A stretch of DNA of 61,083 nucleotides, filler included, from Circinaria calcarea (GCA_051942165.1; 11 parts of 11 records of this genome joined end to end with filler, not necessarily neighbours in it); one strand, 5' to 3'; counted from the first letter of the whole stretch, positions 24,577 to 38,319 are shown. The notes: generated by a model not told the origin, from the sequence alone. Translations and numbers: made by a program.

Positions 24577-25972
24577 CTATGACGAGGTCAAACTATCATT
24601 TCTCTTGTTGGGACTATCGGTCCATGTTATATCATGTCGTACCATTATAGACTGGAGATGCATGTCATCTGGGCTAGGGTTGCCAACCGTCGGGGTTGAC
24701 GGAGGTTCCTTTGTGAGCCCGCCCTTGTCAACCTCTGGTTTTGCACCATTCACATTTGACTTGGGAATATGCTGAAACTGCCGGAGATTACTCTGCGATC
24801 TCTCGGGCGAGCTGCGGTTGGAGCGGAAGTTGTTGTGGAAGCTACTGCGAAGCTGCTCCCAGTGGATGCGTATGTTGAGGAAGGGGGTCATAGTAGGAAG
24901 ACATGCAGAGAGGACTTCGACAGCCAGCTCAATTAGAGACCAATTACCTATTTCAGTTGAGTCTGCAGTGTAGTTGTCAGTTTTGTGTCTCACGGCGGGC
25001 CATTGCTAATCAGACCAGCAAAGCAATTGTCATTGGAAACTTACATGTTATATCTGGCTGGTTGATCCTTGTAATCAGAATGGCCAACCGAACGATTGCA
25101 ATAATGACGGAACTATGGCAAGATATCAGAGCTTATTTGGTCAAAGTACGCAATGAATACTTACAAGCCACCAAGCAGGAAAATTGCTCCCACACTTATT
25201 TTTTTTGCCCCTTGAAAGCTGGAGGTGATACACCGCTGACATGGGCAAAGCTAAGATGACGGCATCTAAGATGATGTTGGGCACCTGCATGGCAATGAAG
25301 AAAGTCAAAAAGTTGATACAACTACCAGGAAGCTCGAACTCCCAGGCCTTTTGGACGGGCTTGCACAGAAAGGCGCCTAGGAAGTTGTTGACAAGGAGCC
25401 AGACGATTACAAAGATTCCGACGATAAGAGTCCATCGACGGAACTTAGGTGTTGAGAAGACTCGCCGATAGAAGAGAAGTACCGAAACCTTGACTAGAGT
25501 GATAGAGACACCATAGAGCTGGGACGAAATATAAATAGTCTACAGCGGTTAGCCAAATAGGTAGATAAGAAGAGAAGCGTATAAAAAGCTGAGTATATAT
25601 CTTGAGATAATTCACAATATCATTAGGACTGAGGGTGGTTATGTGCCTTCCGTCACCGTAACGTATAGCTCAACAGGCGAGAATGTTAGTATTTTCTTTC
25701 ATCCCTATTAATAATATTACCAAGCTCACAAAATGGATAAATAACAGCGTCGCCGTCAACGAAGAGCTAAATTATAAGATTAAATCATAATAGATTAATA
25801 TTCCGTCAAAATGAACTGGACTCACAGCGGCTAAAACAATCACATAATCATCTGCTTTTAGGAGGAGCCCTAATAGTTTCCGGGATATTAAGCGTAATAA
25901 TACGGAAACGTTCACAAGTATTAGTGAAATTACCAAAGCGATTACCGTCTGATAAGAATTATCGTCCAGCAT
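24577..25972 (-). CDS. PTH11-like integral membrane protein (fungal rhodopsin domain, no CFEM), multi-exon
   Basis: Motifs VLLRLISR..LKADDYVIVLA, TLVKVSVLLFYRRVF, CKPVQKAW, PNIILDAVI and WSLIELAVEVLSACLPTM, followed by a Ser-rich cytoplasmic tail. Confidence 0.85.
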
Positions 25973-26383
25973 TCCTTTTCTGTATATAGCAATTGATATG
26001 ATTGTAATGATGTTATTCAATAAAATAATAAATGCAACAGCAGAAGTTGAGAAACCTTTTTATAAGCCTCGAGCGTCTACGGCAGAAACTCAAATCAAAC
26101 GGTGATTAGTTCTTTTAGATTTGATAAGCCTGAATACAAGTTTAATTAATGGCGGAGGTCTGATTGGTTTGATACGTATTCCGTCTGACTTGTAGTTATT
26201 ACGGCGTGGTAGCTCTCACAAGTCCATCTTACATGCAGCCTTCAGAAGGAAGGCAGCCAGCTCCACTTTGCATGAAGGCGGCCAGCTCCGCTATGCATGA
26301 AGGCATGCTCCGAAGTCCAGATGTTATTGTATATAAATAAAAGTGGGTTGATTACGAGGCGGCTCAATATACTTTGGATTATA

Positions 26384-26624
26384 TAAATCATAGATAGCTC
26401 GGGTTAGACTCTTCCATTAATGCACGTATTATATAGAGTTAGATATAAAATACCGTAGAATAATAATCTCGTAAAAGATAATACGCTTAAGTAAGAATTA
26501 TTAGCTGAATTAAAAATATGTTTCTGTTATTAAGTATACCGTACCCTATCAGTAATAAAAGCGGCATTGCATAAGGGGTTTATAAATACCACGAAGGATT
26601 CTAGCCCGAGCTGTCTGTGATTTG
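26384..26624. mobile_element. TA-flanked Tc1/mariner-type MITE (241 bp) with one RIP-mutated TIR
   Basis: Left TA|TAAATCATAGATAGCTCGGGTTAGA versus right reverse complement TA|CAAATCACAGACAGCTCGGGCTAGA. Four differences, all C>T. AT-rich interior. Confidence 0.75.
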
Positions 26625-26981
26625 TACTGTAGTTGAGGCGGCCGGCTCGGGTATCTAGTTGCCGGCCGCAACTATGTCGGTCTGCCGCTGAAGGTAAGTA
26701 CGGTAACAAAGCAGGAGAGTGCGGCAGAGTACAGTTGGTGGCACTATTTGTAATTTCTACCGACGTGCCAACTTTGCCTCTATAATGCAGGACCATCTCC
26801 AGCGGTCTCGAAACCAAGGGACACGAATCTCGGCTCGGCCGATGTCATTACAGCTTCCGATAATGCAAAGGGTCTTTGAAATCTACGAAGTAGGTAGTAC
26901 TCCCCAAGATTGTGCTTAAAAACAAGTGGAGATTTGGTTTATTTATATGCTTCTGTACTTCATTGAGTCTCGGGATTCACC

Positions 26982-27761
26982 ATGAGTCAATCAGAGGCGT
27001 ACATGCTGGCAAGAGATAGCAAGGAGTCCAAACGCCTAGACTTCCAGCACGAATTCATGCGGCATTTAGGACATGGCAATATCCTCCATCCGTCGATTCC
27101 CCGTGGCGAGCTTCGGGCAGTTGCGGACCTCGGGACGGGCACAGGAGTTTGGATCAACGAGATAGCAGAAACCTTCCGGGCCTCCACAGCTGGGGATACT
27201 AGCAAATTCGAGTTTGTTGGATTTGATATTTCGCCGCAGCAGTTTCCGGCCAGCCCCAACTGCTCTCCCGGTGTTGACTTTGTCGTCCATGACATGACAA
27301 CTCGGTTTCCAGAGAAATACCATGGCGTTTTTGATCTTGTCAATATCCGGTTCATGTACTATTCTTTGAAGGCACAAGACCTGCAAATTGCTTTGGAGTC
27401 GGTCATAGAAATCCTACGTAAGAATAAAATTCTTCAGTGTGTTGGGACACAATGAGGCTGACGGAATTCTTTCGCAGGGCCGGGCGGCTACCTTCATTGG
27501 CAGGAAATCGATATCGTTGACGTATGGGCAACACCGTCGACCCCCAACGTTCGAGATGCGATCACCCATGTTGTTCTGGAGAAAGTGGCCAGGGGCTTAA
27601 TTCATCCGTATTACTCTCAAGCTCCCTCTATATCATTCACCCAATATGCGCTGCTAATTAGCAGTGAGCTGATTGTCTTCTGATCCCAGGTTTCCCATAA
27701 AAATCGTGAAGGCAATACTATCACTTTCCATTGGGACCCCGACTATAGACGGTACAAACTC
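26982..27761 (+). CDS. SAM-dependent methyltransferase (LaeA-like class I), 3' truncated
   Basis: YMLARDSKESKRLDFQH, VADLGTGTGVW, FVGFDIS, FDLVNIRF, then after an intron PGGYLHWQE. Confidence 0.88.
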
Positions 27762-27861
27762 NNNNNNNNNNNNNNNNNNNNNNNNNNNNNNNNNNNNNNN
27801 NNNNNTTAATTAATTAANNNNNNNNNNNNNNNNNNNNNNNNNNNNNNNNNNNNNNNNNNNN

Positions 27862-29407
27862 CTTCAAATTCTCAAACCGGAGAACGGTACTCTCATACCT
27901 TGCAGAACTTGGCGACAGCGATATGTTGGCTCTTGTACTCGAAACCGGCAGGTTCGAGGCTAATTTAAAGGATGACGACGGACGGACGCCACTAGCGCGG
28001 GCTGCAGGGAGCGGGCGTGAGGCAACAGTCAAACAGCTACTTGAGATAGATAAAGTTGAAGTTGACTCTAAGGATAAAAAAGGACGAACGGTGTTATCAT
28101 GGGCAGCAGAAAATGGGCATGAGGCGGTAATTAAGCAGCTGCTTGAAATAGGCGAAGTGGATATTAATTCAAAAGATGAGAATCAACGGACGCCGTTATT
28201 ATGGGCAGCAGAGAGTGGGTATAAGGCGGTAGTTAAGCAGCTGCTTGAAACAGGTAAAGCTGAGATTAACTCTAAAGATAAGAACGGACAGACGCCGCTA
28301 TTATGTGCAGCAGTAAATGGGCATGAGGCGGTAGTTAAACAGCTGCTTGAAATAGATGAAGTGGATATTAACATTAAAGATAAGAACGAACGGACGCCGC
28401 TATTATGGGCAATAATACATGAGCATGAGGCGGTAGTTAAACAGCTGCTTGAAATAGATGAAGTGGATATTAACACAAAAGACAAGAAAGAACAGACGCC
28501 GCTATCATGGGCAGCAGAATGGGGGTATGAGGCAGTAATCAAGCAGCTGCTTGAAATAGGTGAAGTGGATATTAATTCAAAAGATTATAACGAACGGACG
28601 CCGCTATCATGGGCAGCAGAGAATGGGCATGAAGCGGTAATTAAGCAGCTGCTTGAAACAGGCAAAGTGGATATTAATTCAAAAGATAAGAACGGATGGA
28701 CACCGCTATCATGGGCAGCACAACATGGGTGTGAGGCGGTAGTTAAACTGCTGCTTCAAACAGGCAAAGCTGAGATTAACTCTAAAGATAAGAACGGACG
28801 GACACCGCTATCGTGGGCAGTAGAGAGCAGGTGTGAAGGAATGGTTGAGCAGCTGCTTGAGGCAGGAGGGGTTGAGGTTGATTGTAAGGATAATAACGGA
28901 CGGACACCGCTATCTTGGGCAGCAGAAAAAGGGCATGAGGCCGGAGTTAAGCAGCTGCTTAAAACGGGCAAAGTGAATGTCGAATCCAAGGATAACAACG
29001 GACGAACGCCACTATCTTGGGCGTCAGGGAGCTACACTGGGACAAGATATTCTGAAGGCAGAGCGGCAATTAAACTGCTGCTTGAAACAGGCAAAGCTGA
29101 GATTAACTCTAAAGATAAGAACGGACGGACACCGCTATCGTGGGTAGTAGAGAACAGGTGTGAAGGAGCGATTGAGCAGCTGCTTGAAATAAGCGAAGTG
29201 GATATTAATTCAAAAGATATGAACGGACGGACGCCGCTATCATGGGCAGCAGAATGGGGGTATGAGGCAGTAATTAAGCAGCTGCTTGAAACAGGCAAAG
29301 TTGAGATTAACTCTAAAGATACGAACGGACGGACACCGCTATCATGGGCAGCATATTATGGGTATGAAGAGGTGATTAAGCAGCTAGTTGAGGCAGGAGG
29401 GGTTTGA
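27862..29407 (+). CDS. 3' part of a second copy of the NACHT-ankyrin NLR (14 ankyrin repeats)
   Basis: Starts FKFSNRRTVLSYLAELGDSDMLALVLETGRFEANLKDDDGRTPLARAAGSGRE, nearly identical to the gene at 913-5229, followed by a different array of repeat units. Confidence 0.92.
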
Positions 29408-29827
29408 AGGTTGATTGTAAGGATGAAGACGGACAGATGCCGCTATATTTCATATAGACGGCGAATATCTGCCACGCACCCTACCGTATCACCCACGGCA
29501 CCCCAGGTATGTCTGAGATACCTGACCAGTGGGATGGAGTATAACTCAAGCTGGCACTCTGGCATTCCGGTCGGTGTCGACTCCCGTTAAGCAGTTGAAA
29601 GGATACTGCAATTCGGCATTGTTCGTCCAACTGGCTTTATCGACTGTGATACAAAACTATACTCTGGAGGTGTCATACAAGGCAGGCACAAAGAGGTGTA
29701 CTATCTAAGAGGATCCCCCAGGGCAATTTCCATCCGACTTGCTATACTTTCAGGGCGAATAAGGTTTCAGAGCAGAGCAGCTAGGGGCAGGCATTTGGAA
29801 ACACCTTTACGATTCTTGTCTTGCATA

Positions 29828-31493
29828 TCACGTTTCCACCGGCGTATTCAGCCATGGATCTTCAAGTAGCTCTTTGGCGGTCTTCCTCTCTTCAGGCACC
29901 CACCGTAACATGGACCTCATGAACTGCAGAAAGAGCTCCTTGTTCTCTCCCTTGAGATTCTCTTCGGAATCTTCCAAGGACAGGTTTTGGGGTATGGCGA
30001 TGAAACCGTCCCAGTTTCCTGGCGAGAATGTTGTTAGTTGGTTCTTGGGAGTCAAGGTTCTGGAGTGATCAACTGCTAGCCGTGGGAGGGGTTGCCAGCT
30101 TACCGTCTTTATCAAAGTACTCGGAGTATTCTTTGCTTCGATGGAGGAACTCCGTTGGTGGCGGCCCGAGATATGCTATCATCTCAGCAAGATACTGCCG
30201 GTTGGAGTACTCGTTGTTTGTTTTATTGCGGCCATCGAAAAGGTGCTTGTTCTCGAACAAATCCCATATCTACAATCAATTCAGCCAAGAAGACATAGGG
30301 AAGGGCTGCTACGCGAAAGGCCAAGCCACGGGCCTTCATGGAAAAACTGGTAGTACGGAAATGTTGTTTGATGTTGGAAGGTATGAGAGAACAGCCATGA
30401 TATTCTAGCCGCATACATAACTAACAAACAGATGAATATGACCACCGATATGTAGCCGACTCACCATAATACCAATATTCCATATATCTACACTATAACT
30501 CCACTTCATCTCCAATATCACTTCTGGCGCCCTGTAAACCTCCGGCTGAATGTCATCTTCGTTTTCGACATCTCCAGCTCTGGCCTCTCCGAAGTCGCAC
30601 AACACAGGATGCCCATAGGACTTGGGAAGGCCAAGTTCTCTAGAAGCGTAGACAGTCCGATCCTTGTAAACTTTCTGCAGGCTCGGACTCTCCATCTCCG
30701 CATTCTCAAAATCCATGAGAATAGATTCATCCTCGATCTCCTGTAGAAGGTTGCTCGCTTTAATGTCTAGGTAATTATCAGCTATACCCGAGATATGATA
30801 GTCTCTCCAGCGACCGTCCTCATTCAAAAAGTGGTACAAATATGACATACCGGTATGTATGACCTTGCATTCACTGTGAAGGTAATCCAGTGCAAGAAAG
30901 ATATACTTCAAAGCACCTTTCAGCAGAGCTTCAGTGAACTTCCGTTGCGGATGGCGCCTCTGAAGATCAAACAGGCTCATCCACAAGGGCTTATGAACAA
31001 GGCATTGATGATGACCATGACGCCAGGAAATCTCAAACGAGTCGAGTATCGTTCTAACACAGGATCGACCAGGATGAGAAAAACTGGCCGCACTCAAGTG
31101 CCTATAGATTTCGACTTCCCTATTCACTCCGCTGGCTTCACGACTACGAGTGTAGACCTTGACGGTAGCATAACGATTTGACCTTTTTCGGAAGATTTAG
31201 TATACGGAATGCCCAGGGCCTTGCTGCGGGCTGTATGGTACACACTTGAGATCCCGAGATAGCCACACTGTAGAGTTTGCTCCATACCCGAGCTTACCCA
31301 GCACGCGGTATCTCGAGTTGAGAAGTTCGCCCATGCGAACCGGGTAGAAGTCGGCGGCAGAATAGGCTGGAAGTTTCTCCTCGTCGAGCTTTTGCACAGG
31401 ATCTGCGATACCGCGTTGGAGGCTGCGAGTATGTATCTGCCTGCTTGGTGCCCTGAGAAAGCAGCGTCTTCCCCGCTTTGTGATTGCTAGCAT
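29828..31493 (-). CDS. SRPK-like (CMGC) Ser/Thr protein kinase, complete, multi-exon
   Basis: FYPVRMGELLNSRYRVLGKLGYGANSTVWL, YATVKV, VIHT-DIKASNLL, VLCDFGEAR, IQPEVYRAPEV, VDIWNIG, MLRWVPEERKTA. Introns include 31183-31245 and 30270-30464. Confidence 0.92.
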
Positions 31494-34400
31494 ATCCCTA
31501 AAGGGAAGCGATACGTCTTGCTGGGGATGCTTGCTATGGTGTACTCTTCTTGATTATGGGAATGTTTTGTCTCGATATCGCGATCCATGGTGTGTTTTTT
31601 AGCTTTCAGAAGATATATGTCAATGTATAGTCCTAGGGCATACATAGTCAATTGCATGCGACGAAGGATCCCCGGTGTAAACTGAGCAGGAATAGCAAAA
31701 TGTGGTGGAAATGTGCATAAGTATCGAATTACACTATGGTAAGCCTGTTTGGGTTTCCGCAAATATTTCTACGAGTAGAAGCAATCAACATAACTCCCGA
31801 TTCAATCGAAAGCATACCTCTACGGAAGTGCCGTAAAGTGAAAAGGAAACGACTCTTGCCTCGATTCCTAGCCAGTAACGTATCTGATAAGACAGGCCTT
31901 TATTCATAAGCCAGAATCTTTTGTTCCCTTCCACTTTTTCATAACGGTCTTTCGCCTGTCAAGCAAGCTTCTAGCCTCCACATAGCTCTATTATATACAC
32001 CCCTTGTAGCTCATAAAGCTTCCCAAACCCGTTCGATTCATACCGAGAGCTCACTTTGCCCCCGCCCTTCACTATTTACTCTACCGCCTCGAGTCCCAGC
32101 TTATAACACGTCCGTTCAGCGACCTTCAAGCGATGAAGCGGTACAGAGAGTAATAAGGCAGCATCTGTCTCGACAAGTGATGAGCTGTTGACGGCTGTAC
32201 CAACTATTGTAGATGGAGGAGTCCGCTGGCCTGTTGGCGCGATAGTGACGGTACCGACGCATAGGCCAGTAAGTAAAGTTGGTCGGAAGCGCTCACCAAA
32301 GTTGCATGGAGAATTGGGGTAGATGGGGGGAACTAGCATCCGATGGTGTGATAGTCACAGACTTGGTATGGTAGCGGTGTATGTGCCTGGTACTATGACC
32401 GCCGGAGATGGTACGTGTACTATTAACGCATTGTTGTCTATAGGTTACGCGGATCTTAAACAAGAATGGCTCCAAAGAGAGCATATATTGGGGCCTTCAC
32501 CTAGTAGATTACCTGTTAATACTATGAAGCGGGCTTGTAAGGAACGATATTGAAATAAATTAGCTAACGTAATAACGTTACAAAAAACAGGGGCAACAGT
32601 CGTGCAGTCTTGAACCTATGCCGAACGAAATATCAGGCAATCATTCAGGTGATAGAGTATCAAAGGAAACGTGGTTCAGATGCCGTAGAAACGAAATTTG
32701 AAATGGCACAGAAAATGCAGCTAGGATCCTAGGAATTGACAGCGTTCCTCGAGGTGGTGAATAGAAGATGGAAATGCTACGAAGTAATATCTCACATACC
32801 AAAGAGCAGGAAGTCAAGTAACATTGCAACACAGGCAAAGTTTGCAGGCCTGTATTGTAGGTAGCGTACTCCATTAACGATGTAAGGTAGTGAAACATCC
32901 CATCAAGACAGGCAATCAAAGGGAAAGCCTATTGTACAAGGGGGGCTGTAGCTGCGATTGGATCCTAAAGCTATATGCTGATTAAGAACTAGTGCTCAGC
33001 CATGATTCCAGGTGAAATCATGGATATGATGTCAGGTAATCTCGGATACCTTCGTACTATCTAATGCTGAGTAGCTTGATCGAGAAGGGAGGAGCACATG
33101 AGATCCAGTTGCAACACATAGGAATGAAGTGGACGATCTCTCGTCGAGCCTCCTCTTCTCCATTTCTATGCTTGAACAAATTGCAGGCCTTGCAGGGGAT
33201 TGGAACCGCCTGACGTAATATATTGTGCGGCAGCTTGCATCATGTCTCCCATCTCTTTCCAGTTTAAGGGATGACCAGAAGATCTAATAGCAGCATTATT
33301 AGTTACAATAACATTACGCAGATAAGCTNNNNNNNNNNNNNNNNNNNNNNNNNNNNNNNNNNNNNNNNNNNNTTAATTAATTAANNNNNNNNNNNNNNNN
33401 NNNNNNNNNNNNNNNNNNNNNNNNNNNNGGTTTCAAGATCCTTGGGGGAAGTTTCATATTTTTTTTCCGTGGAGTGTAGAGAAGTTTGGGAGAGATGGGA
33501 GGGGAATGGTTTGCGGGGTCTGGAGAGTTGTTTTTTAGGAGGGGGAGATTCCAACGGAAAAGCACTTGGACCCATGAGGGAAAAAGCAAATGGGAAATGA
33601 AAGTGAATACGGGGGACGAAGGGGGAGAGAGGGGAAGCGGGAGAGGCCAGGGGGGTACCTGGGTCTATTAGAGGTGCTTGGGATCTTTGGCAAGGGTTTT
33701 GTTTATTTTTGGTCTATGGTGGTGAGTAGGTATCAGATCCCCGTCGATTTCTGGTTCTGCGTGTTGAGTTTGGGTTTGGTATGGCAGGGATAGTAAAATG
33801 GGGTCCGTTAACTTTCTCAATCCGCGTACAGAACGCGGCGTGATAAAAGGGGAAACGCTATTGCTTTGGTTTCTTTCTTTCTTCCCCCCCCCCTGGAACA
33901 TTACTTGTTCCCATACCGTCAGCCTCACACGGTTTCCAGTTTTTGTCCTCTGACGCTCAGCTCAACTTGACTAGGCCCGAGTAACCACCCGAGACATAAA
34001 TTGCCTGCCAGCTGTCTGAAAATATCCCGGTCAGATTTACACCCGAGAATATCTTCCATGATGTTGCGAGCACGGTCGCGAGGCAGATAGTCGACGAACG
34101 CTTTCAGGATAGCATATGGTTTTATCGCCCTGGCCGGTTCTGGCTGTCGGCAAGACTACGTTGTAACGTGGCCTCGACTATTCGGATACTCTGATGCTGG
34201 GCTAAATCGCCCGGCACAGACGAGATATATGCGCTTATTGGAGATAAATGACCCAAACATGGCTGGCGAATCTATTGAAGTAAAATAGATACTCAGAGCG
34301 GAGCTTTGCAGTATCCAAGGCCACGATGGCATTTATCGTCTTTCGATTCCATTTAGTTCTCGACCGGTGTCGTAAGTGCAATAAGGATCCACCCCCTTTC

Positions 34401-35297
34401 TCCCTAGTGCTACGCTTCTTATTTCGTCCTTCGATCAACGTGTATCGTTTCTGTATCCTGCTGAGATATGATTTTTCTGATTTGATAATGTTGTATTTCA
34501 CGTACTACCTGTAAAACTAAACTCGATAATATTTCGAACATCGCCTTTATAGTCTGCCCGGGTCGGGCTGCTGCAGCGTTCGAAACTATACTTGCTCGAC
34601 ATATGTGGTGTTTCATGTAGTGAAGTTAAAGGTAAGAGGAAGAGCAGCCCACACTTCCCAAGTCCTCGAGTCTGGCGCGCACGTGACAATCGTTGTAAGC
34701 TTCCTTTAGGGCCGATCTTCGGGAAAACTAGATTTTATGCCTCCGGGTTATAACACAATAGCACAGCGAGGAGGTGTGGGAGTAGCGCTTGGCTTGATAT
34801 GTTTGCTTTTGATAAGAGTGTGATGAATAAATATGGTTGAGCAGTTAGATGTGATACGAAGGCAAGTAGTAGTATAAAGAAAATACTGGTAGAGAAGGAA
34901 TTACAAATATTAACGCACGGATTAAGCGAGAAATATAGGGCCAGCAACAGTGGTGCTGGTATTCTCGGTATTGGCGATATTTTGTGCATAGAGGAAACAC
35001 CAGGTGTTTAATATTTGGAAGAATTCTTTCTTCGGAATATAAAAATTCTCGCCTCATACGCTTTATAGTCAGTCGGATTATCAAACATCCTAGCAGGGTG
35101 TATCGGTGGTAGATGGTTAAGAGGTAGAAACCCTTCCGGTTCATGTTTCCGGGTCCATTCGGGAACCGTGAGCCAACTCGGGGTCCTGACCGAGACCTGG
35201 CCCGGAATCCACATGTATTCGATATGGTCTTTCTCGAAGGAGTAATATTACTGCTATTGCGGGTAAAATAGATAGTTGAGAAGTTTCTTGCTGATGT

Positions 35298-37578
35298 CTA
35301 TCCTGCGTAATGCTGACGATTTATGTGAAAGTTGCTAAAATCGCAGATCGAACGGGGATTTAGACAATGCTGTACAGTTCGAGGGTTGATAGCTCTGTGG
35401 AAATCTGAGGTGCAGGAAGAATCTTGTGCTGTGCGTTTGGAACGGGTATCTCTCAAATAAGACATCCATACGTCCTCAATCGTATATCCCGACTCGTCAC
35501 AGCCGTGCGATGCGAGTCTCTCATGCAGTTCAGTGACGTATGCAGTCACATTTACTGGTCCCTACATGGCGGTGTGATCGTCTTCTAGCATTTCATACGC
35601 TAGATTCCACGTTCGCATGGTAAGGTTTGTCTTCCGTGAGCCACCGACGTCACTAGGTTCCAACAGTTGCGAGGCGATCTGATATTACCGACTCGTTGTT
35701 TATTTTCATACGCTAAAGCAGTGCAAGTCCTTATCCGCGTAGTTTTTCTGCATCAATAACTATTCCAGGGCCTTCGGAATCCCCATAACTCGAAAGTGTA
35801 TTCTGCAACCTTCTAAACAATTGGACGGTCCTGTAGGGAGGTAATCGGAGCGTTAGTGGGTGACCGTTGCTTGATAAGAGATTGACGATGTCAAGTTCTA
35901 TGTGGGATTATTGTTTGAAAGCAGGGATGGGTGGCTCGTTCAATAAAATGTTTGTGCGTGGCAAGGCGTACGGCTCGATTTAACTTGACAAATTTGTTAT
36001 TGGGAGGTTGGGTATTCGTTTATTCGTATATTTTTATTCTTCCCTAGTAATTGATCCATTTTATATTGGAATATTGTGTCGGCTCTGATCACTTGAGATA
36101 TAACCGAGAATGAGGACCGTCTTACCGATGCCGGTGGCGTCTTTGAGGAATCCCCCAAACTTCTGCAGTTGCCGGGTAAAGCATCGAGGGCTGCAATGAC
36201 AGGGGAATTTCGGCAATGCCATTCAGGCGCGGGCTCTAATAGCATTTTATTAAAAGTCTTTATGGCCAAATTTAAAGCCTCGTTGACCTTGGTAATTATA
36301 AATGTGGCTTGTGATGAAGTCTTTCAGCAAAAGTGTCGAGTACATCTGGGTCCCATTCGCCCTAAAGCTGGCCCGTATCATGCCAGAGACGGTGGGTGCT
36401 AGATCTACCGGTGAGCCGACCTGGTTTTCGTTACCCGCCTACATGGCTGGCACCTGATAGAAGTGCAGATTGTCGAGTCCATACTTACAGCACTGCTGTA
36501 ATGGTACTATAGATATACCTAGTGAATTTATCCTCGGAAACGGGAAAATACGTTGAGGTGGCTCGTGAGATTTGCCCCGGTTGCAGGAATCCCCTCAACT
36601 TCTTCGTTCCACGTACGTAATCTAAGGGGATTCTTCCTTCACCTGGTAGGTGAGGTAAACGGAGGTAAGAAACTCGGATAAAAGGAGCCCCTTCTCTTTC
36701 CCCCCAGCGCCATACTTATCCACGTATCGACCTATTGCTTGAGTTGTTAAATTTTTCTCAGATGAGTACGCAATTTCCTTCACTTTCTTCCTAGAAATGC
36801 ATTCCGGGTCGACATGAAATGCTTGCTCTTTTGCAGTTCTTTTAGGTCAAGGAGACTCTCATCGTCTGGCGTCTCCTCATTCTGGCTAGCCATTATATCA
36901 GTAGTGTACGGAAACAACGCCGCTATTCTGTGCGCTTGGTTTCATATCACAAGTTTCATTTGCGTCATGAGTGGTTTAGGATCTACTCCCGGGTACAAAC
37001 CTTCCGCGTTTTTCCATCGTTTAACTTTTCAAGTTTTATAAAGAAGCAGCGACAATTGGGTAATAATTATTGTCTTCTTGCCGGGGTGGCAGTTCAAATC
37101 CAGTACGAAGTTCACCAGCTATCTTGCCTTCAATTTGAAACGCTTTCTGGTAACTGTCTGTCTGCGCTATACGGTCTATATCTGTGTTTGTTATGGCTGA
37201 GGCTTCGGTTTATATCTTCTCAGCCGGTAAGTTCAAAAGTTATTTCAACTTGGCTTCCTCATCACTTAGCTGTAACTCATCGGCGAATTGTCGAAAATCT
37301 GTTTCGGTTAAGAATGCTAGAGGATCCTGGGATATAGATTCTTCTTGGAATAAATTCTCGTCTTTACTGGTTACCTTATCTTCCTCCTAAGTCGGGTCGG
37401 GTCTGTAATCGGCATCAAAAGAGTTCTCGTCCATATTCTGTTCCCGAGGAAACCCGTTTTTCATACTCGAAAGACCCATACACATTCCCCAAAGAATTCC
37501 AGTTCTTCCGAATCCCGACTTAGCCACAACTGACCGTTTGGCTAAGCAAGGATCGTGCGTGCCGTCAGGGGTTTCCAA
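35298..37578 (-). pseudogene. Possible heavily degraded long ORF of unknown family
   Basis: ORF pieces 35997-36269 and 35298-35549 are in the same frame and are separated only by scattered stops. An acidic protein-like stretch continues past the stop at 37387. No recognisable motif. Confidence 0.3.
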
Positions 37579-38319
37579 TTTTGTAAATGATTCTTGCAGC
37601 TCGAAACAGAATTGTGTAACGAAATGGTATAGATTAGTACGGAGAAGTGATGATGATCTAACTAGATAAAGTTAGTCCTTCACAATACGATGCCCAACGA
37701 GGCGCATTTCCCAGAGCCTAAAGGTGCTAGAGGGGTGGGGGGATCATGGGTCGCCGCCATCCCGCCATCCCGTGGAATAGTGGAAGATTTTGGTTGACAG
37801 AAGTACATAACCTAATAATCTCCGCCATCATATCGGAGACTCGTCGAGATTGAAACGCAACAGCCTCAAGGTCCGCTTTATTAATGCGATCAAGGCCATC
37901 TCGCTCTAAACTGCTCCTCAAGGAGGAATCAGCCCCGACGCATTAGAACGCACCATGAGCTGGGATGTCGTCGGCTTGGCTCGTCTAGCATTTCCAGCTT
38001 TGTCCTTATGCAGCCACATGGAGAACGCGAAGGATCTCAGGTTTCCAACTCCGTCCAACTAGTGGCTTTTCTGGACCTCAACCTTTTGAAATCGGGCGAT
38101 ACACAGATTGCATGTACCTTGTAGCCTCACGTTTCCCCCCGCCTCTGGTGGACACTTCTAAATATTTGTTCACTGCTAGTTGTATGTTTTCAATCTTCCC
38201 TCGTCATTGATCTTTCCATTCCACCAACTTCCCGTTTATGCTCGCTTTTATCATCACGGCTACATATCCATTGCGCATTACATTCTGCCTCAAGGCGGCA
38301 AGATACTGTTGATCCTTAA

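Noticed and set aside
26250..26305. Two-copy 25-bp tandem repeat GAAGGC.GCCAGCTCC.CT.TGCAT
   Set aside because: Ordinary local duplication with no further structure.
27971..29407. Repeat array as a CRISPR-like or DGR-like structure
   Set aside because: The units are in-frame 102-bp coding repeats with no unique spacers, and no cas or reverse transcriptase gene is present.
31500..33900. Several short ORFs and purine-rich tracts
   Set aside because: No motifs or consistent splice structure. Treated as intergenic or low-complexity sequence.
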